Source: the human T2T-CHM13v2.0 reference genome, Homo sapiens. Taken from it: a stretch of DNA of 64,000 bases. A program made the translations under genes and the position numbers. The notes below the pieces were generated by a model. It did no database searches and was not told the origin of the DNA. It was given only the letters and a program-made list of their open reading frames with translations. The stretch lies in NCBI RefSeq assembly GCF_009914755.1, contig NC_060939.1, one strand, 5' to 3'. Within the stretch, counting starts at the first letter, position 1. Every line of letters begins with the position of its first letter. This document shows positions 1 through 13,825 of the stretch, piece after piece.

Positions 1-295
1 AACACATCAACCTTCCGTCTCAAAAGAAAAGCATCCCATGCACAAACACACCATGTCCAAGGTTGTTCTGGGCTTGTTCCCACGTTATTTTAGGAGCCTA
101 GAATATCTGCTTTTCACCAGTCCTAATCTGACATCTCCAAAGTCCAGTCTCCTACCTTTCTAGATTTCCCTCAAAGTTGCAGTCCCTTGTTTATTATTTT
201 GTGAGGGGAAGATGAAAGGGTTCATGATCTTTAGTACAATGGCTTCCTGACCCACAGAAAAGGTTCAATGTTTTCTTGCACTTTATTCTACCTGA

Positions 296-633
<338 letters not shown>

Positions 634-700
634 TAAACTCTCATTCTAATTGGACAATTTTAAGAAGTATTTTACTCCCAGACTTATAAAACAAGCCTAC

Positions 701-985
701 AGCCAGGCACAGTGGTGCACGCATGTAATCCCAGCACTTTGGGAGGCCGAGGTGGTGGATCACTTGAGGCCAGGAGCTCAAGACCAGCCTGGGCAACAGA
801 GCGAGACTCAAACTCTACAGAAAATTTAAAAAATTAGCTGGACGTGGGGCACCTGCCTGTAGTTCCAGCTACTCAGGAGGATTGCTTGAACCTGGGAGTT
901 CAAGGTTGCAGTGAGCCGTGACCATGCTACTCCACTCCAGCCTGGGTGACAGGAGACCCTATCTTAAAAAAAACAAACAAAAACA
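701..985 (+). mobile_element. AluJ-like SINE
   Basis: Alu dimer with A-rich tail. Confidence 0.85.
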
Positions 986-1285
986 AGCCCACAACACTAC
1001 TTCTTTAGTTCTGAAGCACTGTAAAGTATATTTTAGATTAATAATTTCCAAACCAAGAAAATGAAAGCCTATATTAATTATAAGACCCCAAACAGAAAAA
1101 ATCTTGTAAAACGATCAAGACCATAAAATTCACATACCTTCTATTTGGTCAATGCAGAGACACAGATCTTTGTTCCGGAGTTTGAATTTAAATGCAAAGC
1201 TTCAGAGCCTGAAAATGTCTAAAATTAGACCCATGACTGACAACTGGCCTAGGCTCAATGTCTTTGGAATGTGCTCTACTAAATT

Positions 1286-1633
1286 TGCTACCATTTGAAT
1301 GTGTTCCCTCCAAAATTCAGGTGTTGCCAATGTGATGATATTAAGAGGTAGGACCTTTAGGAGGTGATTAGGCCAAGAGGGCTCCTTCCTCCTTAATGGG
1401 ATTAAGGCCCTGATGAATGAGGCTTCACACATTGGACTAGCTTGCTCTCCTGCCCTTCTGCCTTCTGCCTTCTACCATGTGAGGTGGCAACAAGAAGGCC
1501 CTCAGACACCAAATGTTGGTATTTTCATCTTGGACTTCCCAGTCTCCAGAACTGTCAGAAAATAAATGTCTGTTCTTTATAAATTACCCAGTCTCTGGTA
1601 TTCTGTTATAGCAGCATAAAACAGACTAAGAGA
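1286..1633 (+). mobile_element. MaLR solo LTR (MST/MLT1A-like)
   Basis: tgcta..tttgaatgtg start, ..cagactaagaga end, AATAAA inside, 5-bp TSD aaatt. Confidence 0.8.
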
Positions 1634-3299
1634 AAATTCCTTGATGATTTTTCAACAAGAGACAGTGTCACTACTTCTGGTGAGTAGTCCCTAACATGTT
1701 CTCAAATTCTCCTTTTATGCAAACATAACATTTTTTAAACTTAGTAGTTCCTTTTCCTAAAAATAACCAAATACAGGTTAAGGACTGATTAGTATTAAAT
1801 ATAAGTACAACTTTGGTGCTAAAAGTTAAGAGCTTTTGTTTTCCAGAAAATCAAATCCAAAGAATTCAGATAAAGCAATTTTCTCAAAGATGTATCATCA
1901 GTTAGAGGTAAAGCCAGAGGTGAGAAATTATATTCCATTCCAAATACAATGTGCTTTCAATTATTCCACATTAATAGTAGTTTACAAAGGAGATTTAGAG
2001 AATTCCTCAAATCAAAAATGACGACATTTATGAAATGTCATTCTTATATAAAATACCTACTTCAGCCATCTCCTCTTCTTCCTCTTCCTCTGAAGTCACT
2101 TCTTCTGTTGTCCCATTCTGAAACAGAGAAAGAATCTGCCAGGGCTACACAGGCTGAATACAGGGTGAGTCAATTAGAAGACCGGTGCCATAGCTTTAGG
2201 GACAAACTCTCAGCCATCTGTCACTGCAGTGCCACTAGCAGAGAGCTTATTAAAATTAAATGTTTATTTTTAAATCCAACTTTGATTTGACAAACAACAG
2301 TTATCAGCTTTTAAAAACGGAACAAAGAATAAAAGAATTAGGAATAAAGAAAAGCAATCAGTCAAATACAAAGCAAAACCGAAAAAAATGTTAAAATGTA
2401 ATCTAATTTAAAATAAGAAAACATTTTACTTACATGGCTATGTGTATAAGATCAATGGCTTATTTTGTTTAAAATAAATATCACAAACTATCCATTCCTT
2501 AAAATAACTACCTTTTTAACTTTGAAAAGCCTGAATCATTACATATATTCAATTGCCTTACATTTTAAAAGATCAGATGTGTTATTTATAGACACTTGAC
2601 AAAACTAAGAATTATGAAATGATTACCACCTTACTAAAAGGCAAATTTTAGTTTTAAAAACATGTTATTTACTACAAAGTACCTCCCTACAAGACAGAAT
2701 TTACCAACTGACACAATTTACAATGATCAAGTTTAGAAATGAATTTAATGGGGTTTTAAGAAGGGCCTTCATACACAGTTTGGGCAAAGTTCAAAAGATA
2801 AGCTTCCTGGCCTGGGCACAGTATATAAATGCTTCTTTAACCATGAAGGCCAGTACAGGTTAAAACCCAGAATATGTAGAAGATCAAAAAACTAGGATTC
2901 AGAGATCAAGTAAGACCAACAAAGGTCTCAGCAGTATCTAAGCATCTGTTCTTAGATACTCTGATGGAGTAATTCTTAAGAAAAACAAACCCATGATCAC
3001 AGAGGGTATTAGAACTCTTCTGGATCAGTCAGCTGGAGAAAGCCATGTAGATAAACATACCCATGAAGAATTAACTTATATTTGCTTTAAATCTGTATCT
3101 CTTTAGACATTCTTTGTCTTCTAAAAACTAAATGGAAAAAGGAAGCAAGCAGCAGCTTCCAAAATGTAATTCACCCCTTCTTCATTTCCCTAAATTGTTA
3201 TACTCCAAATTAAACTATTCTGGGTATCTAAAGAATATATTCTTAGCCTAAAAGTCCCAAAGACTTTGGTTGCATCAGTGATTGAAAGAGCATTTTTGA

Positions 3300-3603
<304 letters not shown>

Positions 3604-4324
3604 GAGAATGTGTTTTTAAAAAGCTCTCTGAGGTGATTCTGACACGCATCCACATCTGTAACCATCAGCCCAGTTACTATCCTTCATTTTGCAAATGATA
3701 AAGCTGAGCCCCCACCCCTCAAAAAGGGTAATTTAATCAAAACAAAAAGTGAGTTAGGGTTGTAAAATCCTAAGATGAATTTCATTTCAAGATGTGGCCT
3801 GGTCCTCTTTCCAAAATCCCACCAAAATGACAGTATTTTACTAAACAGAATAAGTCTGACACAGCAGCAGAAAAATAACAGATACAAGGAGAATACCCTT
3901 AGTGAACCAAAACTACAGGGACATGCCGGAAGACACAAAGCAGATGGAATTAGACTGCTGGGCTTGAGAAGGCCACAAACCCAATCCAAATAATGGAGGG
4001 ACCACTTTTTTCCAGAAGAATCTAACATTCTTTACCGTACTTGTCCCAACTACAGTTGGTAAGAATCACCCTCCCATATAAGAAGCCTATCTTGATGGCC
4101 TCTTACTATGAGTGTGAAAACCAGAGGGAAAAGACAAAATGTTTTTTAATATAACTCAACACAGCAGCAAAATCTTAAAACAGACTCCATCTCTGCCTTT
4201 TAACTCAGGAGCTAGAAAGCTCTCCTGCCAGCACCTCCCCATCCTAGTGTCACAGGCGGAGCATGGGTCTGCAAACCAGGAGAGGGAGGCCACAGCAGAA
4301 AAGAATGACAATTCTGAAGACACT

Positions 4325-4367
4325 TGTGATGGTTAATACTCAGAGTCAACTTGATTGGATTGAAGGA
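4325..4367 (+). mobile_element. MLT2A LTR terminal fragment
   Basis: tgtgatggttaatact..gtcaacttgattggattgaagga matches the MLT2A LTR end; abruptly truncated. Confidence 0.7.
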
Positions 4368-4903
<536 letters not shown>

Positions 4904-4929
4904 ACCGAAAATCTTAAAGGCCTTTGCCT

Positions 4930-5880
4930 TTCCCCGCCTGGGCTCAAAAGCCGCCATTCCCCGCCCTGTCGCGGTCCCCGGAGCAGGCCGGCTGACTGAG
5001 GGCGACCATGGGTCCCGAGAGGGCTCCCGCCACCACGGGCTCCCACCTCGGGGGGCGGCGACGGGGGCTGAGAGGGGCCAGTGGCCCCCAAGACAGCCCC
5101 ATGCGAGGAGCCGGAGAGACAGACGCGCCCGCCGCCTCCTCCCACCCAAGCCTCGCGCAGTCCCGGGGCGGGCCGGGCCAGTTGCGGGAGAAAGGGGGGG
5201 GGAGCCTCGCCGGGGCAGGTTCCCCTTTGTCCCGGGACTCCGGGCACCCCCTCTCCGCCCTCTTCCTGCCCCGCGAGGCCGCCGCCGGGCGCCTCACCTC
5301 ATGTTGCAGTGGAGCGTGAGCCGCAGCTGAGCCTCCTGGTTCTCGTGGAAGATAGACGCCAGCAACTTCAGTTTGGCCTTGAATCTTGACACAGACATCT
5401 TCCCCTCATCTCCGGCGGGAAGGGCGTGGAAGGGGAGCCGTCTGGAGCCGCTGTCATGGCCACGACCACCCCGCGGGGCCGCCTGGCCGAGCTCTTGTGA
5501 GCCTAAAGACCCGCCTCTTCCTGCAGCCTCCACTCTCCTGGGAGCGCGGCTGGAAAATGGCAAGGGGCACCAGGTCTTGGCGGGAGCTGTGTGGCGGCCT
5601 GGGGGGCTGCTCCCTTTGTAGCCGACTCCACCGACAGGAGGCGCGGCCCCTGTCAAGCCGCAGCTTAAAAGGGCAACAGGACAACAGAACCACCGCCCCC
5701 GCTACCGCCTGGGAAAAGGCTGCCCCTACCCCGCCTCCGTCCCCGTCGCCCCTACCCCCTCGGCGCACCCTTTTCCGCGGGTGCACAAGTCCAGAGCGTG
5801 CGCGCGCTCCCGACTGCCCCCTCCTCCCTTGACCCAGCACCTTTCTGCCGGGCACAGGATCCCGGGGCTAGACTGCCTGG
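4930..5880. promoter_or_regulatory. CpG island / promoter of the UBE2Q2 pseudogene
   Basis: Very GC- and CpG-dense stretch with GC boxes, spanning exon 1. Confidence 0.85.
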
Positions 5881-6047
5881 GCTCAAGTTCCAACTTAGCC
5901 ACTTGCTGGCTGTGAAATACTTGCTTTAAGCAAGTATTTAAGCCTCAGTTTCTTTCTTTCTTTCTTTTTTTAACTTAATCCCAAATGTGATAGTCTCAGT
6001 TTGTTGATCTGAAAAACAGAAATTATTTAGTGAGAGTCTATGTGAAA

Positions 6048-6172
6048 ACTTTAAAGTTTTTAAAGCCACTGCCTGGCTCAGGAAAGTCCTCAGCTTTAGC
6101 TGTTAAAGTTTTAAAAGCCACTTTAAAGGTTTTAAAGCCACTGCCTGGCTCAGGAAAGTCCTCAGCTTTAGC
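6048..6172. repeat. Local tandem duplication (53-bp unit x2 plus a partial copy)
   Basis: actttaaag(t/g)ttttaaagccactgcctggctcaggaaagtcctcagctttagc at 6048-6100 and 6120-6172. Confidence 0.9.
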
Positions 6173-8499
6173 CTTTATCAGCTATGATTATTATTGTGTT
6201 GGCTACACGTGCATTGAGGCAGGAAAATGCTCAGGGATAACAACCAAGTATGCAAATTATCTCATCAGACCCAGCGACAGGCATATGTGTGCATGCTCAT
6301 GTTTCAGCTCAGAGCCCTTTGTCTAGAAGGCTCTTGAACTCAAGAGGCCCAGGCACTATCAACTTGAATTTGCAGTGGAGCCATCACTTTTGTTGATCAA
6401 TGAAATTGACATAACGCTCTTTTTTTTTTTTTTTTAAACACCAACCGTGTGCCTCGAGCTAACTGTGTCAAGAAAAGCATGCTTCAGTTGGCTGGAGTGA
6501 GCAATTTAACTTGTGGAGGAATGAGAAACGTTAGTGTTGAGAATAGAAACATAAAACCCCAGGGTAAGGTAGGAACCTACCTGAGAACCTTGGGTGAGTC
6601 ATCCACCCTTTGGGGGCTCCCTGTGCCTCAGTGGAGTGAAGAATTATCCCTTCCTCGCCTTGCTGCCTCCTGGGAAAGTTGATAAGAATCAAGTGAAATT
6701 AAGACTGTCAGGCTGTCATTGTCATCCCTATCAGGGGAAGGGTCCTCTGGGGCCTGAAGGGGCTTTGGGTGAAGCACAGCTGTGTTTTCTCTAGGGACCC
6801 ACCGTGTTCCCATCCTCCCCCATTTTGGCCCAGCCACTGCCTGTGCAAGTGTCACCCAATCCTTCCACAGGCCATCAGAATTCCACTTCCACCCAAGAGG
6901 GGAAAGGACACATTGGAGGCAGCACAGACATTAAACACGGTATTTTCAGAAGGAGCAGACATAACCTTACAGAAGTGCTTTATTTTCTGTAACTAGATTT
7001 TGTTTTACTGGAGGCAGCTTTGTATAAGGTTCAGGCGTCTCTTGGTCCATTTTATCAGAAGGAACCATGGGGGTCATTTCATCCATCCCTTTTCATCTAA
7101 GCAGCACTACATTCCAATCGTGAAGGCATAAGCTTTCCCTGTCAAGCAGGATGCTGCCCCAGACCCTTAGCATCAGGAAACCCCAAAGTCAAACCTGAAT
7201 CCAGCCTGCTGAATGAAATTTCAGTCCCATCCTCCCTCCTTCTAGCAAAAGAAGGTTTGGGGGAGATTTCAAAACAGAAGCACTTCTCTCCCCAGGGAGA
7301 AACCGAAGAGGAGCAGCAGGTACTGCTCTTCAGCCCACACACCCATCTCAGGTGACAGGTCCCCTCCTCAGTGTGGGGCGACGTGGTGGGGGTAGGTTAC
7401 CGGAGTGTAGCAGAGTGGGGGGAAACCCCTGGTGCCCTCCTGCTGAGCATCTGACCTTGAGCCCTTTACCCCAGCTCCCCCTTTCCATCTGAAGAACAGT
7501 GAGGGATCAGCAGACCTGACTAGAGGGTCTCAGGCATGGGTCCTCTCCCCCAGCCCACACATGAACACACGCACACACCCTTCCCAACACCCAGGTATGC
7601 AGATGCACACTCCCCCACAGGAGGAGCCGCCCGGAAATCCCTGAATCAGCTTTTCTGCCGTCCAGGGTCTGTGACAAGCGAGCTGCTGCCCTTCTGAAGA
7701 GAGGCTCCATGCCGGCCAGGAGCCGCGGCTGCTGCAGCACTGCAGTCCCCGGCTTCTGGAGTAAGGTCTCTGTCTTGGGGCGGGGGATGCCTGGAGGAGG
7801 GGAGGAAGGGGGATTCACTGCGGGTATTGGGAATTTCCCAGTTCCCCAGACTCTGTGGGGATGAGAAGCCCTGGAAAGCCCTGAATGACTGCCCCTCCCC
7901 CCCAACACACATGCACACAGGATTTTTGTGTGTGTGGGTTGGGGGGTGAGGAATGTCACTTCCTGGGTCAAACACCAAACTCGAGTCCTGGTCCTGAGTG
8001 TGCAGAGCAGAAGGCAAACAGAAAGCAGCTGCATGGAGGGTGAAGGAGAGGCTGAGGGGAGAGGGCGAGGGTGAGGTGGAGCTGGGAAGGTCAGGGGCAG
8101 TTAATGGCCAGACAGCAGCAGAAATTCCACCTGGCGAGCTGGGGCCCCGAGGTCTTATCGGGTGAGGTTGGGGGTTGAGGGTGAGGCCCAAGGATGAGAC
8201 TGAGGCACAGGAGTGCTGCCCAGGCTCTCGGTTCTTCCTGCCCCTCCTGGTGCTCATAGTGGGTGTCAGCCTCGCTTTTCCCAAGTGGGAGAAAGCAGAT
8301 CTGCGGAGGTGGGAGGTGTTGGGTCCATGGCAGAGCCCTTCTGCTGGGTTCCTATCTGAGAGCAGGCAGAGGGTCCTGTGCCAGCAGACGCTCTTCCTCC
8401 TCTGCCCCAACCCCGTACCCCTGCATCCCTCTTTCTCCCCTCTCCAGGTGGCCGGTGAAGAGCCCTGGCACCAGCCTTGACCTCACCCTCTGGGACAGA

Positions 8500-10100
8500 C
8501 TGAGGCAGGGGACCGCGGGCTGCCGGAGCCCTCGGGGCGAGCTCCCCAGCTCCCCTTCCCCTCCAGCATCTGCCTTTTGTTCCACCTCTCTTCTCCCTCC
8601 CTTGACTCAGGAAAACCTTCATCCCTATCTCCTGAAGCAAATCGTTTCCCTCCCACCCCCGCCCGCACGCCGTTCCCTACAGCCAGGGGGTCCCCTCCCC
8701 CCCGTCCCCTCCCCCAGCCAATCCCCGGACCCGAGAGGCTGTAAACTCGGAGCTGGCGGGTGGGGTGGGGAGTGTTGCAGGAGTGCATGGAGCTGGCGGG
8801 GACTCCTCAGTAGAATCGGGGGAGTCCCGTAGGGCTCCGGGGGCTCGGAGCCGGCCCCGCCCTCCTCAAACTTCTGTAGGACCGCGCCAGTTTAAACCCC
8901 TCTGCCCCAGCCTAGTCCGTCCCGCACACACCTCCCCTTCCCCTGTCGCCCATTTCCCCCTCGGCCGGCAGTACGGACTGCAGAAGGGGGGCGTGGGCGC
9001 CAGGAGGCGGCCTCTCCCGCAGCGGGGATTGCCTGGGGCGGAGGACCTGCGTCGCGGTTTGCGGGGATCGCCTTCGGAGGGGCCGCACGCGCTGTGTGCA
9101 GGCGGATGTGAGGAGCATCTCAAGAGGCGGGTGGGGGAAGCGGGATCAGGTTGTTACTACTGCAGAGAGAGAGAGAGGAAGAGAAGAGAGAGAGGGAGAG
9201 ACTCGAGAGCGAGCGAGCGCCGGAGCGAGGGCCGCAGCGGCAGGGCCGGCGGGGAAGTGGGAAGAGGGACCTGGACTTCGGGACCCCAGCCGCCCCCGCC
9301 CCCGCCCTCTCCACCAGCTCAGGCTGAACGCGCCTGGAACGTCCCAGGGTAAGAGGGAACCCCAGGCGGGGCACCCCACGAGGGCAGCCAGTAGTCCCGA
9401 GCGAAGCCGTGCCTGGACCGACAGTGGCCACCTCCAGGGCCTGAGGCGCGGGCGGACGCGGGGTCACCAAACGGTGACACTCCGACTTTTGGGGCTTGGC
9501 GCTCACCGCGGGATAAACTAAAGAGTAGGACTGAGCCCGCGGTGGGAACTGTAATCCGGAAATCCATGGGCGTCGGAATTACCTGGCTAGACCCCGGGGA
9601 GGTGTCCTGAATTATCTCGGGAACCCCTCGCCCCCAACCTATTTCTCCCCGCGGAGAGCCCGGGTTCAACGCGGAGAGAAGGCGAGAGAAGCCGCGGTGC
9701 CTTAGCGCTGGGACCGGGGACCTGCGGGGAAGCAAAGGCGACTCGCCGCAGAGAAGCCGTGGGAAGGGCGCGGGGAGGTGCATGAAGTGGGCGTGCGGAG
9801 AGAAGTGGGTGCTGGGCGCGTGGGACCCCGCCGCGCCTGCTTCGCTGAGGAGGAGCTGGAAGAACATGCTCGCGCGACCCTGGGGAGCCCCTGGCGCAGA
9901 GTGGGGTGTGCCGGAGGCACCGGCGGTGCGCAGGACTGGCTGCCTTTCTGAGCGCCCCTGCCTTGCCGCAGCCGTCCAAGGTTGAGATGAGCGGCTGTAT
10001 TTTCTACCCCTTCCCTCTCCCAGGAACTTTCCCACACTTTGACACGCGCCACGGCTCTGTGCATTGGAGGAAGCAGGCTCCCGTGGATCCTGGCAAGCTT
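8500..10100. promoter_or_regulatory. CpG island / probable duplicated SYT2 promoter
   Basis: CpG-dense with GC boxes (cccgccccc); contains a GA-rich leader ending in a strong donor CCCAGG|GTAAGA at 9348/9349. Confidence 0.75.
9150..9348 (+). other. Putative non-coding first exon of the SYT2-derived unit (start approximate)
   Basis: (GA)-rich 5'UTR-like sequence in the CpG island with donor GTAAGA at 9349; same strand as the SYT2 coding exon 39 kb downstream. Confidence 0.55.
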
Positions 10101-13100
10101 GCAGAGGCCCGGGTGGGCAATGGGAGGGGGCAGCTGGGCAGTGGAAACGAGGGCCCTACTCAGTGTGCTGTGTGACCTTCGACAAGCCGCTGCACCTCTC
10201 TGAATCTCAGGATGATGGAGGCACATGGTAACCAAGACAGGAATGGGGACGAGGTGGGGGAGGGTGCGCGGGGGAACAAGCTCATGGGCACGTCTGCCCC
10301 AGCCTCTGCACCTGGGAATCGCTGCCTTTGGTCACTGGCCTCTCTTAAGTGACTTCAGTGCTCACTTCCGGGGCAGGGGGTGGCAAGGTGGAGCTGTGAA
10401 CCCAGCGCCCCGGGGAGAGTCGGAAAGCTTCCATTCTGACCTGTCCTATGACCTTGGGCAACTCACTGACCCACTCTGGGCCTCAGTATCTTCATCTGGA
10501 AAATGGGGTTTGGAATTTAAGGTATCTGAGGTTTCTCCCAGTCCCAACACCCTGCAGGTGTCGCCCACTGAAAGGTTGGGGATGGGGTGCAGCTGGGTAG
10601 AATGACCTGGCCTCTGGGAAGACTGTAGCTCCCCTACTGCACCCCCCATCCCAAAGTAGCAGGGCTGTGACACCCTCAGCCTGTTCATTGGTCATCTCTC
10701 CCAACTCTCAGAATCCAGCTGATGGGGAGAAAGGCGGGCTTTCCAGCATTACACATCCTCTTTGCAGAGGGCAGATTCTTTCCTAGGGAAAGGTTCGCTG
10801 TGACAGACAGATGACCATAGGTTAAAGGGTGATGTCAAGGACCTCACAAGGTCATGCTGTCTGCTCTCTACCTCCAGACAGGGCTGCATTCATCTCAGAT
10901 AAGGAAGATCTGAAGGAATTGTCTCGTTTTAGAAAGATCTCCACTACAATAGCCTAGAGCACCCCACTGTGCAATGTGACAGTCCTTGCCATAGGAAAGT
11001 CTAATCTAACTCCTTTTTGGGATGAACTCTGGTTCTGTCTTCAGTTGAGATGAGACAGTAACTTCATACTGGGCATTAGGGTGTTGCGGACGAGTCCGAG
11101 TTTGAGACAAGAGAGCTGAGTTTAATTTACAGGCTCTGCCTCCAATTTTGTGACCTTGTGTGACCTTGGGCAAGGCCCTTTCTTGCTTTCCTCCCCTGTA
11201 CATTGAGAAGGTAGAACTAGTTAACTTCTCAGGCCCTTGCAACCCCACAATTCTGTGGCTGCAGTTCTGGGCTGGTGTCTGAGTAGCAGGAAGTGGGCTT
11301 GGCTGGGTGATGGGAGCAGGTGGTCTCCAGGAATTCCCAATGCATTGCCCTCCCACTTCTGTCACCAGAGTCAAGACAACTTGAGACAAATACAGTATAT
11401 GAATTTCAAAGCCCAGCACACCCCTGGAGGGAGTCCCCAGGAGACCTTGGCTCTACTGGTTATTAGCTGTGTGACCTTGAGCAAATTACTTTATATCTTA
11501 GAGCTTCAGTTACTAAGTAGTCAAAACAAAATGAGAATAGTGGTGGTATTTTAGGGTTTTTATGAGGATTAAACAAGAAGCATATGTAAATACTTGGTCC
11601 AGTACTGAGCTAAGTCCTTAGTGAGTGGTAGCTATTGTCAATAATAATACAAGCTGTGTAGCAAGCAGGTGGCAGGGCAGCTGTGAGCAGTGGCCATGGG
11701 GAGCAGGGAAAGATTGTAGATTTGCAGTGTGATCTTCCCCTACCATCTTCAAAGCTTCCCTACAAAATGGGAACATCAGCACTATCTCTCTGTCTCTCTC
11801 TCTCTCTCTCTCTGATCATTAGGACCATTCTGCATTAGAAACTTCATGGGAAACAGAGAGACTGCTTGACTTTCCAATAATCTCACACCTGTTTTCCTTT
11901 GGTTCTCCCTTCCCCACTCTCTGCCACACCTCTGGTTATGATAAAATGGGCCTTTTACTCCATTCCCCGAACCTTCTAGGAAGGGACCAACTGAGAAGCA
12001 GAGAGGGGTAAGGCCAGATGTCCCTGGAGTGAGTGGCTGAAGGCATGTCTACACCCAGGTGGAAGGAGTGGCAAAGGGACTGGCTCAACCTGGAGGGGGA
12101 CTCCCAGGACCCCATGGCCGGGACCGAGGTTTACCCTAGACTTGCTGTGTGACCTTAGGCAAGTCGCACGCCACTGTGGACCTCAGTTTTCTTGTATGTG
12201 AAGTGAAAGCTTGGTTTAGATGACCCAAAGTCCTTCTGGCTTTGTTGATCCACGACCCTGCTGGCTCTGCTTTTGCCGAGGCTGGGTGGGGGTGGAGGGG
12301 GTGGGAGGTTTGTTGGAGTCATTCAGGCTTTGGGTGTTCACTGCCCTGTGATTCCAGTCCTGTAAGTCAGCTTGGGGAGAGGCGATGACCTCCCCTTCTC
12401 AGTAAGAGCGCTGATGGTTAAGAGCAAAGTCTTTGCAGATAGATACATCTAGGTTCCCATCTTGGCTCGCTCCTTAATATCTGTGTGAATTCAGGCAAAT
12501 TACCAACCTCTCTGAGCCTCAATTGTCTCATCTGTGAAAAGGGAATATTGCCAACCTGGAATAGGAAGTCCATAGTGTGATACTGACTAATGCACAAGGA
12601 ATGGGTTTTTGAGGTTCTGTGTTATCACAGAGAGGGCTCAAGTTAGAGGAAGAGCAGGGATACAGTTCACAGTCCTGCAGTTGTCACCATGCACACAATC
12701 CCCCAAAATGCCCCAATGTCCTGTGTCGTCCTCCTGCTGTGCACTGGCCGCAGGCTCCAGGAGTTTGCATGCTCTGGTCTTCATCATGGGACCTGGAGAA
12801 AGGAAGAGCTCAGCCACAAAGGCCAAAGGCCAAGCAAGCATGAGTCTGAGAGGAGTGTGGCTGACAAAAGGCTCCTGATGATGAAGGAACACGAGCCAGC
12901 GGCATGGCATCCCTCCATTCAAGGTTAGTCATGAGGAAAGGCTGTGAGATGCTGCCTTGGAGAAAAGCTGAAGGAGCGGGGGACATCGCCTTCCGCAGGG
13001 ATGTGTTAGATGAGTGCCACGGCAGGACGAGGCACTGAAAGGGGCTGTGGGATCATCTCATCCAGCCCTCTGTTTTGATTATGGGGAAACTGAGGCTTAG

Positions 13101-13825
13101 AGAGGGGGAGCTCCTTGCCCAGGATCACACAGCATGTTAGTACCAGCGATGGAGCTTGCCAGCCCTTGTAGAACCTCAATGCAACGCTCTTTCCTTCCTC
13201 CCTGTTAAGCACCAAGCAGTTATTTTCCATTTTTTCTGAAATCAGAGCACAAGGTAAAATGCCTTGACTGCAGCAGAAAGGACATGGGTCCTGATAGGAA
13301 GGAACTTCCTGATCTAGATACTGAGATCATGGGGTCCAACCTTCCCATTTTGCAGACTAGAACATGGAAGCCCAAGAAAATTAAAGAACTAGCATAAGGT
13401 GACCCAGTATCAGACACTTGAATTCCCAGGCCTGAGCTCTCTCAGTTATGCCAGCTATGCCACGCTGCTGCTCTTGAGCCAGACAGGGCAGCAGGATAGC
13501 CAAATGTGAAAAAAATAAACCCAGATGGGCTTGGGGAAGGGAGGGAGGACAGAAAGACAAAAGACCAAAAGACAGAAATATTACTTCCAAGACCACACTT
13601 TTCTTTCTCAGCTTGTCTCAGTTGGCCCTGCTCCCGCTGTTGAGGCTGACAGCTTGCTTTGCCCTCTGACAGGAGAGAGGAGGGAGACAATAGCCAGCCC
13701 CATTGGTCTCACTTCCATTGACAAGGCTGAGTGAAAGAAAGTCAATATTTGCCCAGTAGCAAAGGACAGGGAATAAGTGTGACTTGGGATGGGGCGGGGT
13801 AGGGGCAAACAGGGTAGGGTGATGG

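Noticed and set aside
6459-6563. Possible plus-strand exon (T-tract, gag|...cagg|gtaagg) of a divergent transcript
   Set aside because: The donor is good but the acceptor is weak; it cannot be supported without transcript data.
7507-10235. Many overlapping 100-254 aa ORFs on both strands
   Set aside because: GC-rich/CpG-island sequence with few stops; no recognisable protein similarity.
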